Assembly: GCF_009834535.1 (NCBI RefSeq) | Contig: NC_045696.1 | Location: 18,788,001 to 18,852,000 of the forward strand | Direction of reading: 5' to 3' | DNA from: Camelus ferus | Taxonomy: Eukaryota | DNA: 64,000 nt | Shown: positions 13,810 through 26,450 of the stretch, in pieces | Numbering within the stretch: the first letter of the stretch is position 1 | Layout: the number at the start of each line of letters is the position of its first letter | Made by a program: the position numbers and the translations under genes | Notes under the pieces: generated by a model | Told to the model about the DNA's origin: nothing | Seen by the model: only the letters and a program-made list of their open reading frames with translations | Databases searched by the model: none

Positions 13810-13959
13810 GGATTGCGTGATATTATTTAGCTAGAATAATCACTGAAGGTAAGGCATTTTTAATAAATAATTTGTAATTAAATGTGTTTCTTTTTATTAT
13901 AGCAATTTTAAGGCATTTGTGTTGTAGGAATCCTAGAGATTTATTAATTATTGAGGCCC

Positions 13960-14412
13960 ATCAAATTTTTTTTTCATAATTTGAGCTGCATCTATCAATA
14001 AATTTATATTAGAAATTAAACTGAAACTTTCTGTGTTATTTACTATTAGTAGTAATATTTATGTATTTATTTAAAATAACAACAGTAAATTCATTGCATG
14101 TTAACATAAATAATATACTTTTCAAATATCACTTTATTTTCTAAATCAAACTAAATTAAGGAGAATACAGTATTATTTTATAATTTTTACAGATCTCTTT
14201 AATGTTTAGCTTAAAGAAAAGACCTGTGTTCTCATATCGATTTTTGCATTCATTCTATTTGCTTCAAAAATTTCACTTTTTACTCATAACAAGAAAAAAG
14301 AGTGGAAAGGATGTATAATGTTTCAGTGTTATTATAAAAATAGTCTTGACTTCATGGACATGTTGAAAGGGTATTTTGAACCCCCTGCATCACATTTGAA
14401 GTCTCTTGGTAT
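13960..14412. mobile_element. Charlie1-like hAT DNA transposon remnant
   Basis: cagatctctttaatgtttagcttaa...aaaatagtcttgacttcatggac...gaaaggg...cacatttga matches the Charlie1a/b terminal region from recall. Confidence 0.7.
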
Positions 14413-15244
14413 AGAAAATGAGTAAATCATTACAAGGGTTTTGATTTTATTTATATCAGATTTATGAGTATAGAGCAATGCCTCTCACATTGTGAATGAC
14501 TAATATATATGTAATATTAACTTACTATGGAGCCCTGACATATTTATAAACAACTTTTCAATTTAAATGCAACTGAAATTTATATTTATTCTTACCATGA
14601 TTACCAGAGACTAATGATAAAAGCAAGATCAAAACTAGAAGATACTTGTGGGTTATGACTTTTGATTTCTATAAAGTAATAATTGATAATCTACTATGCA
14701 TCATAAGCAAAAATATTTCTATTATTAGACATCTTTCATTTTAGTTAGTGATTTTTCCATAATTTCTTCTGATATTTAGTTCATCTGTGGGTTTGATAAC
14801 TTAGTTCGGTCTTCCCGCCGAAAAATTTATTTTTCAAAATATTTATGCATAATAAAAGATGTTCGTTATAGTACTGATCATAATTTTTAATGCAATGGTT
14901 TCTGCTCTGGGGCTTCTACTGGAAACATAGAAAGGTAAAATAGGAAAGAAAAATGATAAATCTTACACATATATCGTTAAAATTAGCTATGGCTTTCCTC
15001 AACATCATCAAATCAAGATAATGTCAATATCTATTTCCCCTTGATAGAATGCCCTCACATCCATTTTTGGTGATTTTCTGTCTTCCAATTTACCTGATGT
15101 TGGGCTGAGAGAAAGTTAAGTAAGGAAAAGGAAATACAAAAAAAGAAGTTATAAGGGTGTTCTCTGCAATAAAATCACCAAGTACAAATAAGAAAATAGT
15201 AGTAAAATCCTAGGACATAAAGAGAAGATCTAAAGCCTCAGAGG

Positions 15245-15720
15245 CACATGCTCTTAGAGTAACTAATTTCAGCTTTTCACTGCTGAATATGTTGGCTGTA
15301 GGCTTGTCATTATAGCTTTTATTATGTTAAAAATATTCCATCTACACCCACTGTGTTGAACGTTTTTGTCATAAATGGATGTTGAATTTTGTCAGAAGTT
15401 TTTTCTGTATCTATTGAGTTGATCATGTAATTTTTATTGTTCAGTGTGTTACTGTGGTGTGTCACATTGACTGATCTGCAGATACTGAATCATCTTTGGA
15501 TCCCTGGGATAAATCCCACTTCACGGTGTATGATCCTTTTAGTGTATCGTTGAATTTGGTTTGCTGATATTTTTCTGAGGATGTTTACACTTATATTTAT
15601 CAATGATATTGGCTTGTAATTTTCTCTTTTTGTTATGTCTTTGTCTGGTTTGGGTATTAGGGTGATGCTGGTGCTGGTCAGAATCGTTTCTCTCGTCATT
15701 TTTTGGAATAGTTGGAGAAC
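15245..15720 (-). mobile_element. LINE-1 ORF2 reverse-transcriptase fragment
   Basis: ORF 15490..15699(-) ITLIPKPDKDITKRENYKPISLIN...KISANQIQ...VGFIPG is the L1 RT N-terminal signature. Confidence 0.93.
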
Positions 15721-18700
15721 ACAAATTGAGACAGAATGTGCTCATAGTGTCAGTAATAAAAGTGGGTGCATCACTATAAATGATACATATTTTTAAAAGC
15801 TAATAAGAGAATATTACTTTATATAAATAATACTTTATTAAATTATAATATAAAGTTGACTCTATAGATAAAAGGGACAAATTCATTAAGACATAAATTA
15901 ACAAAGCTCACTGGAAAATAAGTTATAAAAATTCCCCTGTATCTTTTATAAAAATTTGAATTTTAGTTAAATATATTTATATATACACACACACACATAC
16001 CCCCTCAAGCCGAGGTGGTTTCAATGGTGAATTTTACCAAACAGTTAATATGAATATAATACTAAATCCTATACAAAATCTTCCAGAAAATTGATGAGGA
16101 GGGAATACTTCCCAGATCATCTAAAGGTTAGCATCCCCGATACAAAAAAAGACAAAGACATGAAAAGAGCAGATGACTACATACCAATATTCTTCATAAA
16201 AATAGACATAAAAATTCTCACAAGAAATAGTTGAAAATCCAATTTAACAATATATTAAATGGATAATAGAGACAGTCAAGTGTATTTTCTCCTGTGAATC
16301 AAAGCTAATTCAACATTCAAAACATCAAGCAATGTAATTCACCATATGAGCAGACTTACCAAGAACAACCACAAAAAATTCAGAAAAAAACTTTTGAGCA
16401 AATTAAACATCTATTCATGACAAGAATATTCAGTAAACTAGAAATAAAAGAATATGTAGTAAAGCTTATTAAATGCATTAAAGGAAATTCTAAGCTAATT
16501 CCATCCTGAATAGTGAAAGGCAGTGCTTTCTCTGTAAGATCAGGAACAAGAGGAATGTCTAGCTATTCAATTTCATACTGAAGGTGCTGGAAAATACAGA
16601 AAGACAAATCAAAGCCACAGAGACTCAAAAGCAAGATACAAAAATCTCTGTTTACTAACGACCTACTTCTGTACATAAAGTTTAAAAGTCACAAAAAGTT
16701 ACTAGAACTGAAAAATGAGCTTAACAAGTTACTAGGATATAAGGCCAATACAAAATTCAATGTGATATTAATACAGAACTGAACACCATTTTTACATAGT
16801 AGTAATAAACTATTAGAAATTGAAATAAAGGCAAACACTACCATCTACAATAATAGTAAAAAATGAAATAATGAGGTATAAATCTTCAAATCATCATAAA
16901 TGCAATACAAATATGCTAAAATCTGTAAAATACTGATGAATCAAGAAAGACAAATGGAGATACCATATTCGTTGACTGGAAGATCGATACTAATTATCTT
17001 CATAATGATCTAGAGATTTGAGGCATTACAAGGACATCACTGCAACATCTTTGCATGTATATAATATTAGTAACTTTAATCTAATATATTTGCAGCAAGG
17101 CAAAGAAATTATAATACCCAAAACAACTTTGTAAAAGAAGACCAAAGTTGGAGGACTTTCACTACCTGATGTTCAGGGGTCTAAATCAAAGCTACATTAT
17201 TTAAATAGGTTGTTATTGGACAAAGGATGGACATCTAGATTGAAGGAATGGTGTGGTGAATCAGAAAATACATTCACGTATATTGGGTCAATTTATATTC
17301 AAAAATGCAAACTCAAATATTAGTAGGTAAATGCCTATAAATGCAAAAAAAGAACTTGTAATTTTTTGCATTGAATCAGTAACCTGAGTGTGAAGCCTAA
17401 ATCTATAAATCTTTTGAAAGAAAACACAGGAGAAAATTTTTGTCACTTTAGGTTAAGCCAAATGTTGTTACACATAATGCCAAAAGACCAATCTATAAAA
17501 AAATGATACTATGGACTTTATTAAAATTAAGAAATTCTGGCCTTTTAAAGAGACTGTTAAGAGACTAACAGAGAAATAATAGACTAGAAGAAAAATATTG
17601 TGAATTATATATCACAGTAAAATGTGTTCATCATATATAAAGAAAACATAATGTTTAAATATAAGAAATAAGTCAACTTTTAAGATGGGACAAAGATCTA
17701 AATACGTACTTTGCCACAAAAGAGATGTGATTTAATAAAAGAGAGACATGGATAGCAAACATGGAAATAAAAAAACATAAGCTGTTCAACATCATTAGTC
17801 ATTAAGGAAATGCAAATGAAAACCACAATGAGTTATCAACATACAGCCATTTTAGTGAATAATATTTAAAAAATGTTTAAAAATCATACCAAGTACTACT
17901 AAGGATGTGGAAAAAATTGAGTCTACATACATCAGTGAGGAGAATGCAAAATATTATGACCACTCTTAAAACTGGAAGATTCTAATGAAGTCAGGAGCTT
18001 ACCCAAGTGAAGTGACAATCTATGTTGACACAAGTTACAGATGCAAATGGTTATAGTGACTTTAATGGTAATTTGTTAAAACATAAAAACAACATAAATT
18101 TACCTCAATTAGGGAATAGATAAGTAACAAACTCATAAAATAGGCAACAACATGGAGGGATCTTAAATGCATTATCATTAGTTTAAAAAAGGCAAACAAA
18201 GTGATACATACTGTATAATTCCATATGTATGACTTTCTTGCAAAGGCAAAACTTTATGTGCAGAAAATAGAACATGATGTCTCATGTGAAATCTAAAGAT
18301 ATATATTATGTAAATCTATTTATATATCTATTAAATATGAATATATAAAATATATAAATATATATTATATATATATGTTTTATTTTAAAAAGCAGATAGA
18401 TACAGAGGATAAATTAGTGGTTGCCAGAGGTGGAGGTGGGGAGGAAATGAATACTGTTTTTTTTTTTTTTTTAAGTTTAAATAAATTGAATTTTAAAATA
18501 TTAAACAGATGGGGAAAGCCTACGCTTGGGGGGAGGTGTTTCTCTATAAAAGGGAGAGGGGAATTTGGGGAGTGATAAAAGAATTCTTTGCATCAACTCT
18601 GTTTCTAAGAGTGGTATCAAATCCTTAAGATAGTCTTTGATACATATGTGTTGGACCTGGAATCTACATCTGCTGCAGTCAAGTATAGCTGGGTGCAAAA
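15721..18700 (+). mobile_element. Old, heavily diverged LINE-1 (ORF2 to 3'UTR), with a different L1 3'-end-like segment at about 18270-18500
   Basis: Colinear decayed ORF2 landmarks: ggtgaattttaccaaaca, agatcaggaacaag, caaagttggaggactttcactacctga, aaggaaatgcaaatgaaaaccacaatgag, aaaggcaaaact. Confidence 0.85.
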
Positions 18701-19022
18701 TAACATATCGGTATTTTTGACTGTGAGAAGGAAATGTTCTATAAAATATACCTCCCACTTAACAAGATTCATGACTTCATTAAAGCTCTTTTCAAGGGAA
18801 GAAAGTAAACAATCTAGTTAAAATTTGAAAATATTATGGTAACTGTGGCAATGACATAATTTCCCACTGAAAATTACAATGAGAAAAATTTGAGACTTTT
18901 TTCCTACAAGTACAATCTCTGTAAAGTATTTATGGAGTGAGTTTAGAAAAGTATCTAAATTTGGTACATACAAATCAGTCCTTACATATTTCTAGTTTTT
19001 ATGCTAATTTTGAATATATTAA

Positions 19023-19523
19023 CTATCTATCACTGTGCAATACGTTAGTTATTTAGCAGTTTAAAACAACACATATTTATCTCACAGTCTGAGTGTGCTT
19101 TAGCTGGATCCTTTGCCTCAGGGTCGCTCACAAGGCTGCAGTCAAGTTGCTGGCTAGGGCTGCAGCCATCCCAAGACTCAACTAGGGGACAGATCCTCTG
19201 CTACACTCGCTCATGTGCCTGTTGGCAGACACCAGATCCTCATCTCAAGGGCTGTTTTTCTTTTGTTTGTTTGTAGCCATCAGTTCTTTCCCTAGTGAAC
19301 CTCTTCAAAGGACTGTTCGCAGCATAGCAACTTCCTCCCCTTAGAGCCAATGCTGTGAGAGAGGGAGAAAATCACACATTTTATAACCTAATCTCAGAAA
19401 TAACATCCCATCACTTTTTCTGTATTTTATTCTTTAAAAACAAGACATATGAAGTCCAAGTCCTGAGCATTACGCAAGAGGCAACAGGTCACTTAGAGCC
19501 TTAGAAGCCATTTGTTTACCACA
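19023..19523 (-). mobile_element. MLT1F-like MaLR solo LTR
   Basis: ttaaaacaacacatatttatctcacag...ctcacaaggctgcagtcaag...ttttataacctaatctcagaaataacatcccatcactt...taccaca. Confidence 0.8.
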
Positions 19524-19875
19524 TGCTAATATTTGTTTTCAGAAATATGTAATCCTCAAAAATAAATTCCCAAAATATAAATAGGTGTCATCAGACTGAT
19601 GGTGATCCCAGAAAAAATCAGAAATGTATAAAGACAGAAACATTTCATCAGTTTTGAAAAACCGCATGCCTTGCATCTGTCAGAAAGCATACTTGTAAAA
19701 TCAGGTCCAGGAGAAGGGATGATGTTTCAAATTTTCTGGGCAATGTTTTAACGAGACAACATGTGGGTATCTTTTAGAGCTATTGCTACCAGTATGAAGA
19801 TGAAGAAAACATTTATGATGGCAGAGTGAAAGGATTTTGAGACAGGAAATCCAAATTAGATACTATTGAGCACAA

Positions 19876-19938
19876 ATTACTACTACTTTTACTACTAGTA
19901 TTACTATTGCTGCCACCTCACTATTACTTCCACTACTA
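19876..19938. repeat. Degenerate (TAC)n low-complexity tract
   Basis: attactactacttttactactagtattactattgc...actattacttccactacta. Confidence 0.6.
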
Positions 19939-21848
19939 TGAACAATGAAAATAATAGTCCAAATTCCTGAATTACATGAATTCCTGTTCCAAATGCTTTA
20001 CAGAAATTCTAAAAATGTTTGCATGTGAAGTAAACTAAAGAAATTGCTATTATATCAATATCATAGAAAAGAAAACTGACACATGAAGCATAAAACACAC
20101 AACATATCTTACGGATAATTATTGATTCACCTTGGAAATACTCATATATACCGTAATTTTAATTATTTACCATCCCTTATGAATAAAATAACTTTTTGAG
20201 TTGTCTCTACCTTTTATTTTCTATAAGATAATTTCTATGAGGTATGAGATTTCTCTGCCTTTTAATTTCCATGAGATAATAGTTAGTGAGTTTGCTTTGT
20301 AGGTGAGACTATAACTACAAAGGGGAAATTGGTTCTGTCTGCCCTTCTTGTATGTTGGCAATGCCTTTAGATTTTATGACAAGAATGACTGTGTTCCACC
20401 TCGTCTCACCTGTGTCTACCAGCCCCTCTCAGACTGATCTCTGTCTCAGTTCCCAATCAAAAACAACATTGTACTTTTCCAAGGTAATTTTTCAAATTTC
20501 TTCTCAGACTAAATTGAGACATTTTCTACTCCTGTTTCATCAGCTTTATTTATATGCTTTTGTTATTCCTCGTACTTAATTCTCTCTTTTTATAGTTATC
20601 TCCCCAAGAAACTAAATCCCAAATGAGAATATACTGGAACATAAGTTGTTAAAATTTACAAAACTGTAATCAGAAATCTAGTAATTACATTAGAAAATCT
20701 TGCAAAATTTATCTATATATAACATCATATAAAATTTGTGTGGCACAGGTGTAACAAAGCTAAACAAATAGATATGTAATATCTGAGAGATTGATTTAAA
20801 ATGTTGAGGAGATGAAATTATGTGTTTATATAATCTTAATTCATTTGGATAGGTAGATAACTGTATATAGGTTAATTCTTTATAACTATTTTTATAGTCT
20901 ATGGAAATTCAATATATCATGATATTATATGAAACAGCTACTTTAGAGTCTATCATTGTATTCCTAGGTTATTTTATTAAAAAATAAAGTGATGGTTAAA
21001 TTTTGTTAATTAAAAACATATTTTTAGTATGTAACAGAATGATATAAAGACAAAATAAAAATTCTTCTAATCCAACTGTCAAAATAATGTTGTTGATTTA
21101 AAAGTAAAAGCAATAATATACACTGAAATCCAAATAAAATGAAAAAATTCTTCTTTCCCTCCAGTAATACAATTCCCAAGTTTGGTTTTCATTAATTCTG
21201 TCCTATATAATTTTCCATGAACAAAATATGTCTGTAAATGAACTGAAGTACAAATTTTGTTACTCTTGGTATTATTACTTTAAATGAGTATTGATAGCCA
21301 AATAGAATAAACAAGACCCAAAATCTAGTTAAGACTTGAATCTATATTTTTTTCTAATTTATATATTTATAAGTTCATATATTTATAGGATATATTTATT
21401 ATTTTAATGTTAAGGAACAAATATATTCTGCACATTATTTGCCTCTATTTTTAGTAAATAATGTAGAGATTATATTACCAATATATTCTGATTTTCATTA
21501 TTTTATGGCTGCATAATATTTCAATATTACATTGTATTGATATTCAACTATTTAACTACTGAAGGTAGAAAGTAAATTTAAATACTTTTAGAAAGTGTTC
21601 AGAATAATTATGTCTCTATTGTAGTTATGCTGCTGTGAACATTTAGGTATATTTAAAGCATGTATATAAATCAATGTTTAAGTTAAATTTTTACCGATTA
21701 CATTGGTCTGTAAAAGGGCATGAGAAACCTAATTTTATACTATTTTTTTAATTATAAAAAGTATAAATTATCCATGTATAATTATTTTATAATTGTTGGG
21801 GCTTTCAGTATTCTACTTTAAATGATACTGCATACACATTAAGAATAT

Positions 21849-22608
21849 AACCCTCCTACACTGCTGGTGGGAATGCAGTTTGGTGCAGCCACTATGGAAA
21901 ACAGTGTGAGGATTCCTCAAAAGACTAGGAATAGACTTATCGTATGACCCAGGAATCCCACTCCTGGGCTTGTATCCAGAAGGAACCCTACTTCAGGATG
22001 ACACCTGCACCCCAATGTTCATAGCAGCGCTATTTACAGTAGCCAAAACATGGAAACAGCCTAAATGTCCATCAACAGGTGACTGGATAAAGAAGATGTG
22101 GATGTGGTATATTTATACAATGGGATACTACTCAGCCATAAAAACCGACAACATAATGCCATTTGCAGCAACATGGATGCTCCTGGAGAATGTCATTCTA
22201 AGTGAAGTAAGCCAGAAAGAGAAAGAAAAATACCATATGAGATCGCTTATATGTGGAATCTAAAAGACAAAAACAAACAAACAAAAACAAAGCATAAATA
22301 CAGGACAGAAATAGACTCATAGACAGAGAATACAGACTTGTGGTTGCCAGGGGGGTGAAGGGTGGGAAGAGATAGACTGGGATTTCAAAATTGTAGAATA
22401 GATAAACAAGATTATACTGTATAGCACAGGGAAATATACACAAAATGTTATGATAACTCACAGAGAAAAAAATGTGACAATGAGTGTGTATATGTCCATG
22501 AATGAAAAATTGTGCTGAACACTGGAATTTGACACATTGTAAAATGATTATAAATCAATAAAAAATGTTAAAAAAAAGAAATTCATATGAAAATTAATTG
22601 AAAAAAAA
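21849..22608 (+). mobile_element. Young 5'-truncated LINE-1 with 11-bp target-site duplication
   Basis: ORF 21970..22263 is a near-intact ORF2 C-terminus (CTPMFIAALFTVAKTWKQPKCPS); AATAAA and A-tail; aagaatataac at 21841-21851 and 22607-22617; preceded by tt, an L1 endonuclease-type site. Confidence 0.95.
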
Positions 22609-23738
22609 GAATATAACTTTAGAGAAAATTGCAAGTTAATATTTCTTCTTCTGTTATTCAGTGAAAATACAAATGAAAGGTGCAGTGAAAGGGTCAGTGA
22701 CCTAAAGTTAAAATACAATAAGCTTTCAAGAGGAGAAAATAACAAGCCTAGCACTGCGTAACCTCCTAACACGGCCATGGCCCGACTGGTGAGATAAAAC
22801 CCCAAGTAGCACTCAGGGTAGCTCCCATTATGCTCTTCAAATTGTGTTACGCAAGGAGTCATGGATTTTTACATGATGGCTTGACCTAAAAACATTTTTA
22901 ACAGCTGACAAACCATGTTCCAGTGTGTCATTTAATATTTTGACGGAATAAAAAGGCAAATCTGATATTTCAAGGACCATTTGAAGCATAATTTTTTTTA
23001 ATTTTACTTATTTTGCTCTCCATATTCCACTATTGAGTATTTTGTTGCCAGGTTTGTTTTTTAGGGAAGAAAAATGTGTCATCAGTCTTCTTACATAAGT
23101 TTTTCTCTTAAGAAAAAAAAAAAAAACCCCAAAACTATAGGCATTAGGCTTGTACTTCATTTAAGTGAAAATCTTACATCCTAAGTATTTGTAACATTTT
23201 ACTTTCCAATTAGCAGTAGATAAGAGTTCTCGACCCTCCACTTTCTCATTAATATTTGGTGTGTCAGTCTTTTTTTAACTCTTCTATTTATTGTGTCCTT
23301 TATTGTCTTATTTGTGTATTTCAATGTTTTAGTTTTTCAAATTGTTTGGGTTATTTTCTTTCCATATTCTCTCAATGAATATTCTCTTGCATATTCATGC
23401 AATTTTAAGAAGCAGCTTTTCTCCTATTTTAAAAAGGCTTATTGGAAATTTATTAGGATTGTGTTTAATCTATATAAAAGCAAGAAAACTAACATCTTAA
23501 TTAAGTGTTCCAATCCATGAACATGATACATGATGTTATCTTTCTATTTGTCGTCTTTAACTTAAAATTTTAGTACATTTATATTTATCATTTTGTATTG
23601 TTACATATATATTTTATTTCTAAGTCTTTACTATTTGTTGATGGATTGTAGAAATAAAATATAATTATATATACAAAGTAGTATGAATATATAGAGTTAT
23701 CTTGTATATGCCCATGGTGTAGATAATATGTATGCATT

Positions 23739-23774
23739 TGTGTATGTGTGTTTGTGTGTGTGTGCGCGCGCACG
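23739..23774. repeat. (TG)n-(CG)n compound microsatellite
   Basis: tgtgtatgtgtgtttgtgtgtgtgtgcgcgcgcacg. Confidence 0.85.
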
Positions 23775-24637
23775 GAAGAGAGAGGGCACGTGGTTTATCC
23801 ATAATTGTATGCTATCTTGGAGCTTGAAGAAGGATAATTAAAAGTTGAGTTTAAATGCAATTTGCTAAAGTTGTAAATTCACAGACCACAAACCTTTTTG
23901 GTAAACTTTTGAATATTCTTCTTAATAAATTTGTCACTTAATTTTAGAAAGAAATATTTGAGCAGAGCAGAGCCTGTTCCTGAGAAGCAATATTTTGCTT
24001 TTTCTCAGTACACGTGCTTATAAAATGCATTAGAGGGATGCATTGAATGAAATCATTCAAAAAAAAAGGGGATATGCTATATTTTTCTGTATTTTTCAAT
24101 ATGCACATAATATTCATGTGAAACATGTTATAGTGCATATTTGATCTTTGTTTCACTTCAGCTTGTACTAATATCATGTTAAGGAAATACTGTATTTTAA
24201 TTTCTGTCCTCTTTTGTCCTAAGCTGATGCTTACTCTCATATAATTTTTGTTTCTTCTTGTAAGAGCTTCACGATGACTGTCAGTGATTACAGCTCATGG
24301 TTTGTACAATTTCATATTTCTGAGGATGCCCCAGCTACCAGCATCCTATTTTCTGATAAGCTGAACATGATCAGTTGCTCTTCGTGTAGTGGTATGCTCT
24401 GTTAGCCACACAGAACAGCACCACTTTCCTACAGACATAATTATTGAAACTTCTATCAGGAAGGTATTTTGAAAGTGTGTGAGCAGATAGACAAAATTAC
24501 CCCAAAAGTTTTCTTATGCCATTGTTTCCTGGTTTGTTTCTCACCTGGGTTATTCCAAGTTTCAATAGTTTTACTCTTCGTCATAGGCAACGTATTTGGA
24601 AATGATGAGAGAATAAAGAGGAACAAGATGTAATATG

Positions 24638-24860
24638 TGTACTAGTTAAGATCATTGCCTCAAAATTAGACCTGGGTTTGAATTCATTTGTACATCTAAT
24701 TGTAGAACCTTGGACAACGTTTTAAATCTCTCTCAACAGTTCAGTATCTGTAAAGTAAAGATAAGTACTAAATTTAGTACTTTGAGGATTATTAGAGGCA
24801 GTAAATGTAAATTATTTAGCTCATTACTTACCAATAAATATTAGTTACTATTTTTATTAT
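24638..24860 (+). mobile_element. MIR SINE
   Basis: agacctgggtttgaattc...accttggacaa...tatctgtaaagt...gaggatta...caataaatattagttactatt. Confidence 0.75.
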
Positions 24861-24944
24861 TAGCTGTTATTCAAAGGAACTATATCAGGGGCTCCTGGAC
24901 AGTTTTAATTTTATTTCAGAAACTAGATGTCTTGGAGATTTACC

Positions 24945-25440
24945 AGTCATCTCTTCCTGTATAACAAATTACCACAAGATCCTGTGGCTTTAAACAACCA
25001 ATTTATTTGCTCATAATCTTGTATGTCAGCAGTTTGGGATGGGTTTAGATGGGCATTTCTCCTGCAACCTTGCCTGAGGTCACTCATCAGGCCATAGTCA
25101 GCCTCTGATTGTACTGTTGCTAGATATTCTAACATGGGCTTACTTGTTTTGTGTTTGTGGTTGTCTATCAGTTGGTAGTTAGATAGTAGGTTTAGAGGAA
25201 CTCAGCTAAAATAGTTCTGCTTAATATGATCAGTGATCCTCTGATAGGATGAAAAGGGATTATTTATATAGCAGCTTCAGAGCAATTTGCCAAGAGGGTG
25301 AGACTGGAAACTTCCAGTCCTCTCCACGCCTAGCATCTGAAATCTCACAATGCACTTCCACTGCATCTTACTGATCAACACAACTCACAGACCAACTCTG
25401 ATTCCACAGGTAGAGAAAAATCTTTTTGTAAAGGGGAAGG
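24945..25440 (-). mobile_element. MLT1H/I-like MaLR LTR
   Basis: tgtataacaaattaccacaa...tggctttaaacaaccaatttatttgctcataatc...cacttccactgcatcttactg. Confidence 0.75.
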
Positions 25441-26229
25441 ATGAATTTATAGCCATTTTCTATTTTAATTTTATATATTTTAATTTTATTTGATTTCTCC
25501 ATTTTCGCTTTTTGTCGTAGACTATTGCCTAGAATCTGTCCCCTGGACTTACTGCTAAATAAATATTTGTCAATTCTCTATCACAATAAAATCTCTATTA
25601 CATTTTATGGAAATGGTCAAAAACTCCTGAATATCTTTTCTCTAAACTAGTGAAAGAGTGGTGGTTGGTACTGGTGAAGTATTAATAAGAAATTTTAGGT
25701 TTTATGTTTTCCTGTCAGAGAAATAATCTCATTTGTATCTACAAGGATTTTTTCATGGAATTATTTTTGCCAGTGTAGTTATAAACAACATACACATCTG
25801 AAAATCAATGAAATATTTTATATGTATATTGTAATAAATCAATACTATCTAAAATTTTGACCTGGTAAATTATGTTTTAAGTGTTTATGGAAGTGCTTGC
25901 TTCTGTCAGGGAATAGGAATTACATTTTTGTGCTTTGTGTGTTGGTTTTTGATTTTTCTAGTATTATCAAGTTACTCACTTTAATAAGAAAAATAAAACA
26001 TACTGTATTTAAGATATTTACTGCATTTCACATTTTAAATACAAATCATTCTTATTAAAATTTAGAAAATATAATAAAAGATATAAAAAAATTCAGTAAC
26101 TTAATCATTTACAGATAGTCACAGCTGGCAGATTATTTAAATATCCTTTAAGTTTTTCAGACTCTGGGTTTATCCATTTTATTCACTTGAGGTTGTACCA
26201 TATATTAACTTCTGTATCTTGCTGTTCTT

Positions 26230-26450
26230 ACTTAACTTTAGCATACTTTTACTATTCCATACACTTCTCTGTTATAGCATGTGTCATTGTAATTTTGCAT
26301 TTGATTAATGCCTCTACCTGTCACTACATTAGAAGATCTCTCTGTCGAGACTGTATTTACTATATTACCATCATTGTTGCCTTTGTCATGAACAACACTA
26401 GCACATAGTAGCACTAAATTTATATTTTTCCTGATAAATGTTGAATGAAA
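26230..26450 (+). mobile_element. L2 LINE 3' end
   Basis: ctagcacatagtagcact...ataaatgttgaatgaa, a typical L2 tail. Confidence 0.6.

Noticed and set aside
18295..18378. AT-only palindromic tract
   Set aside because: Degenerate (TA)n expansion within L1 3' sequence; self-complementarity is trivial
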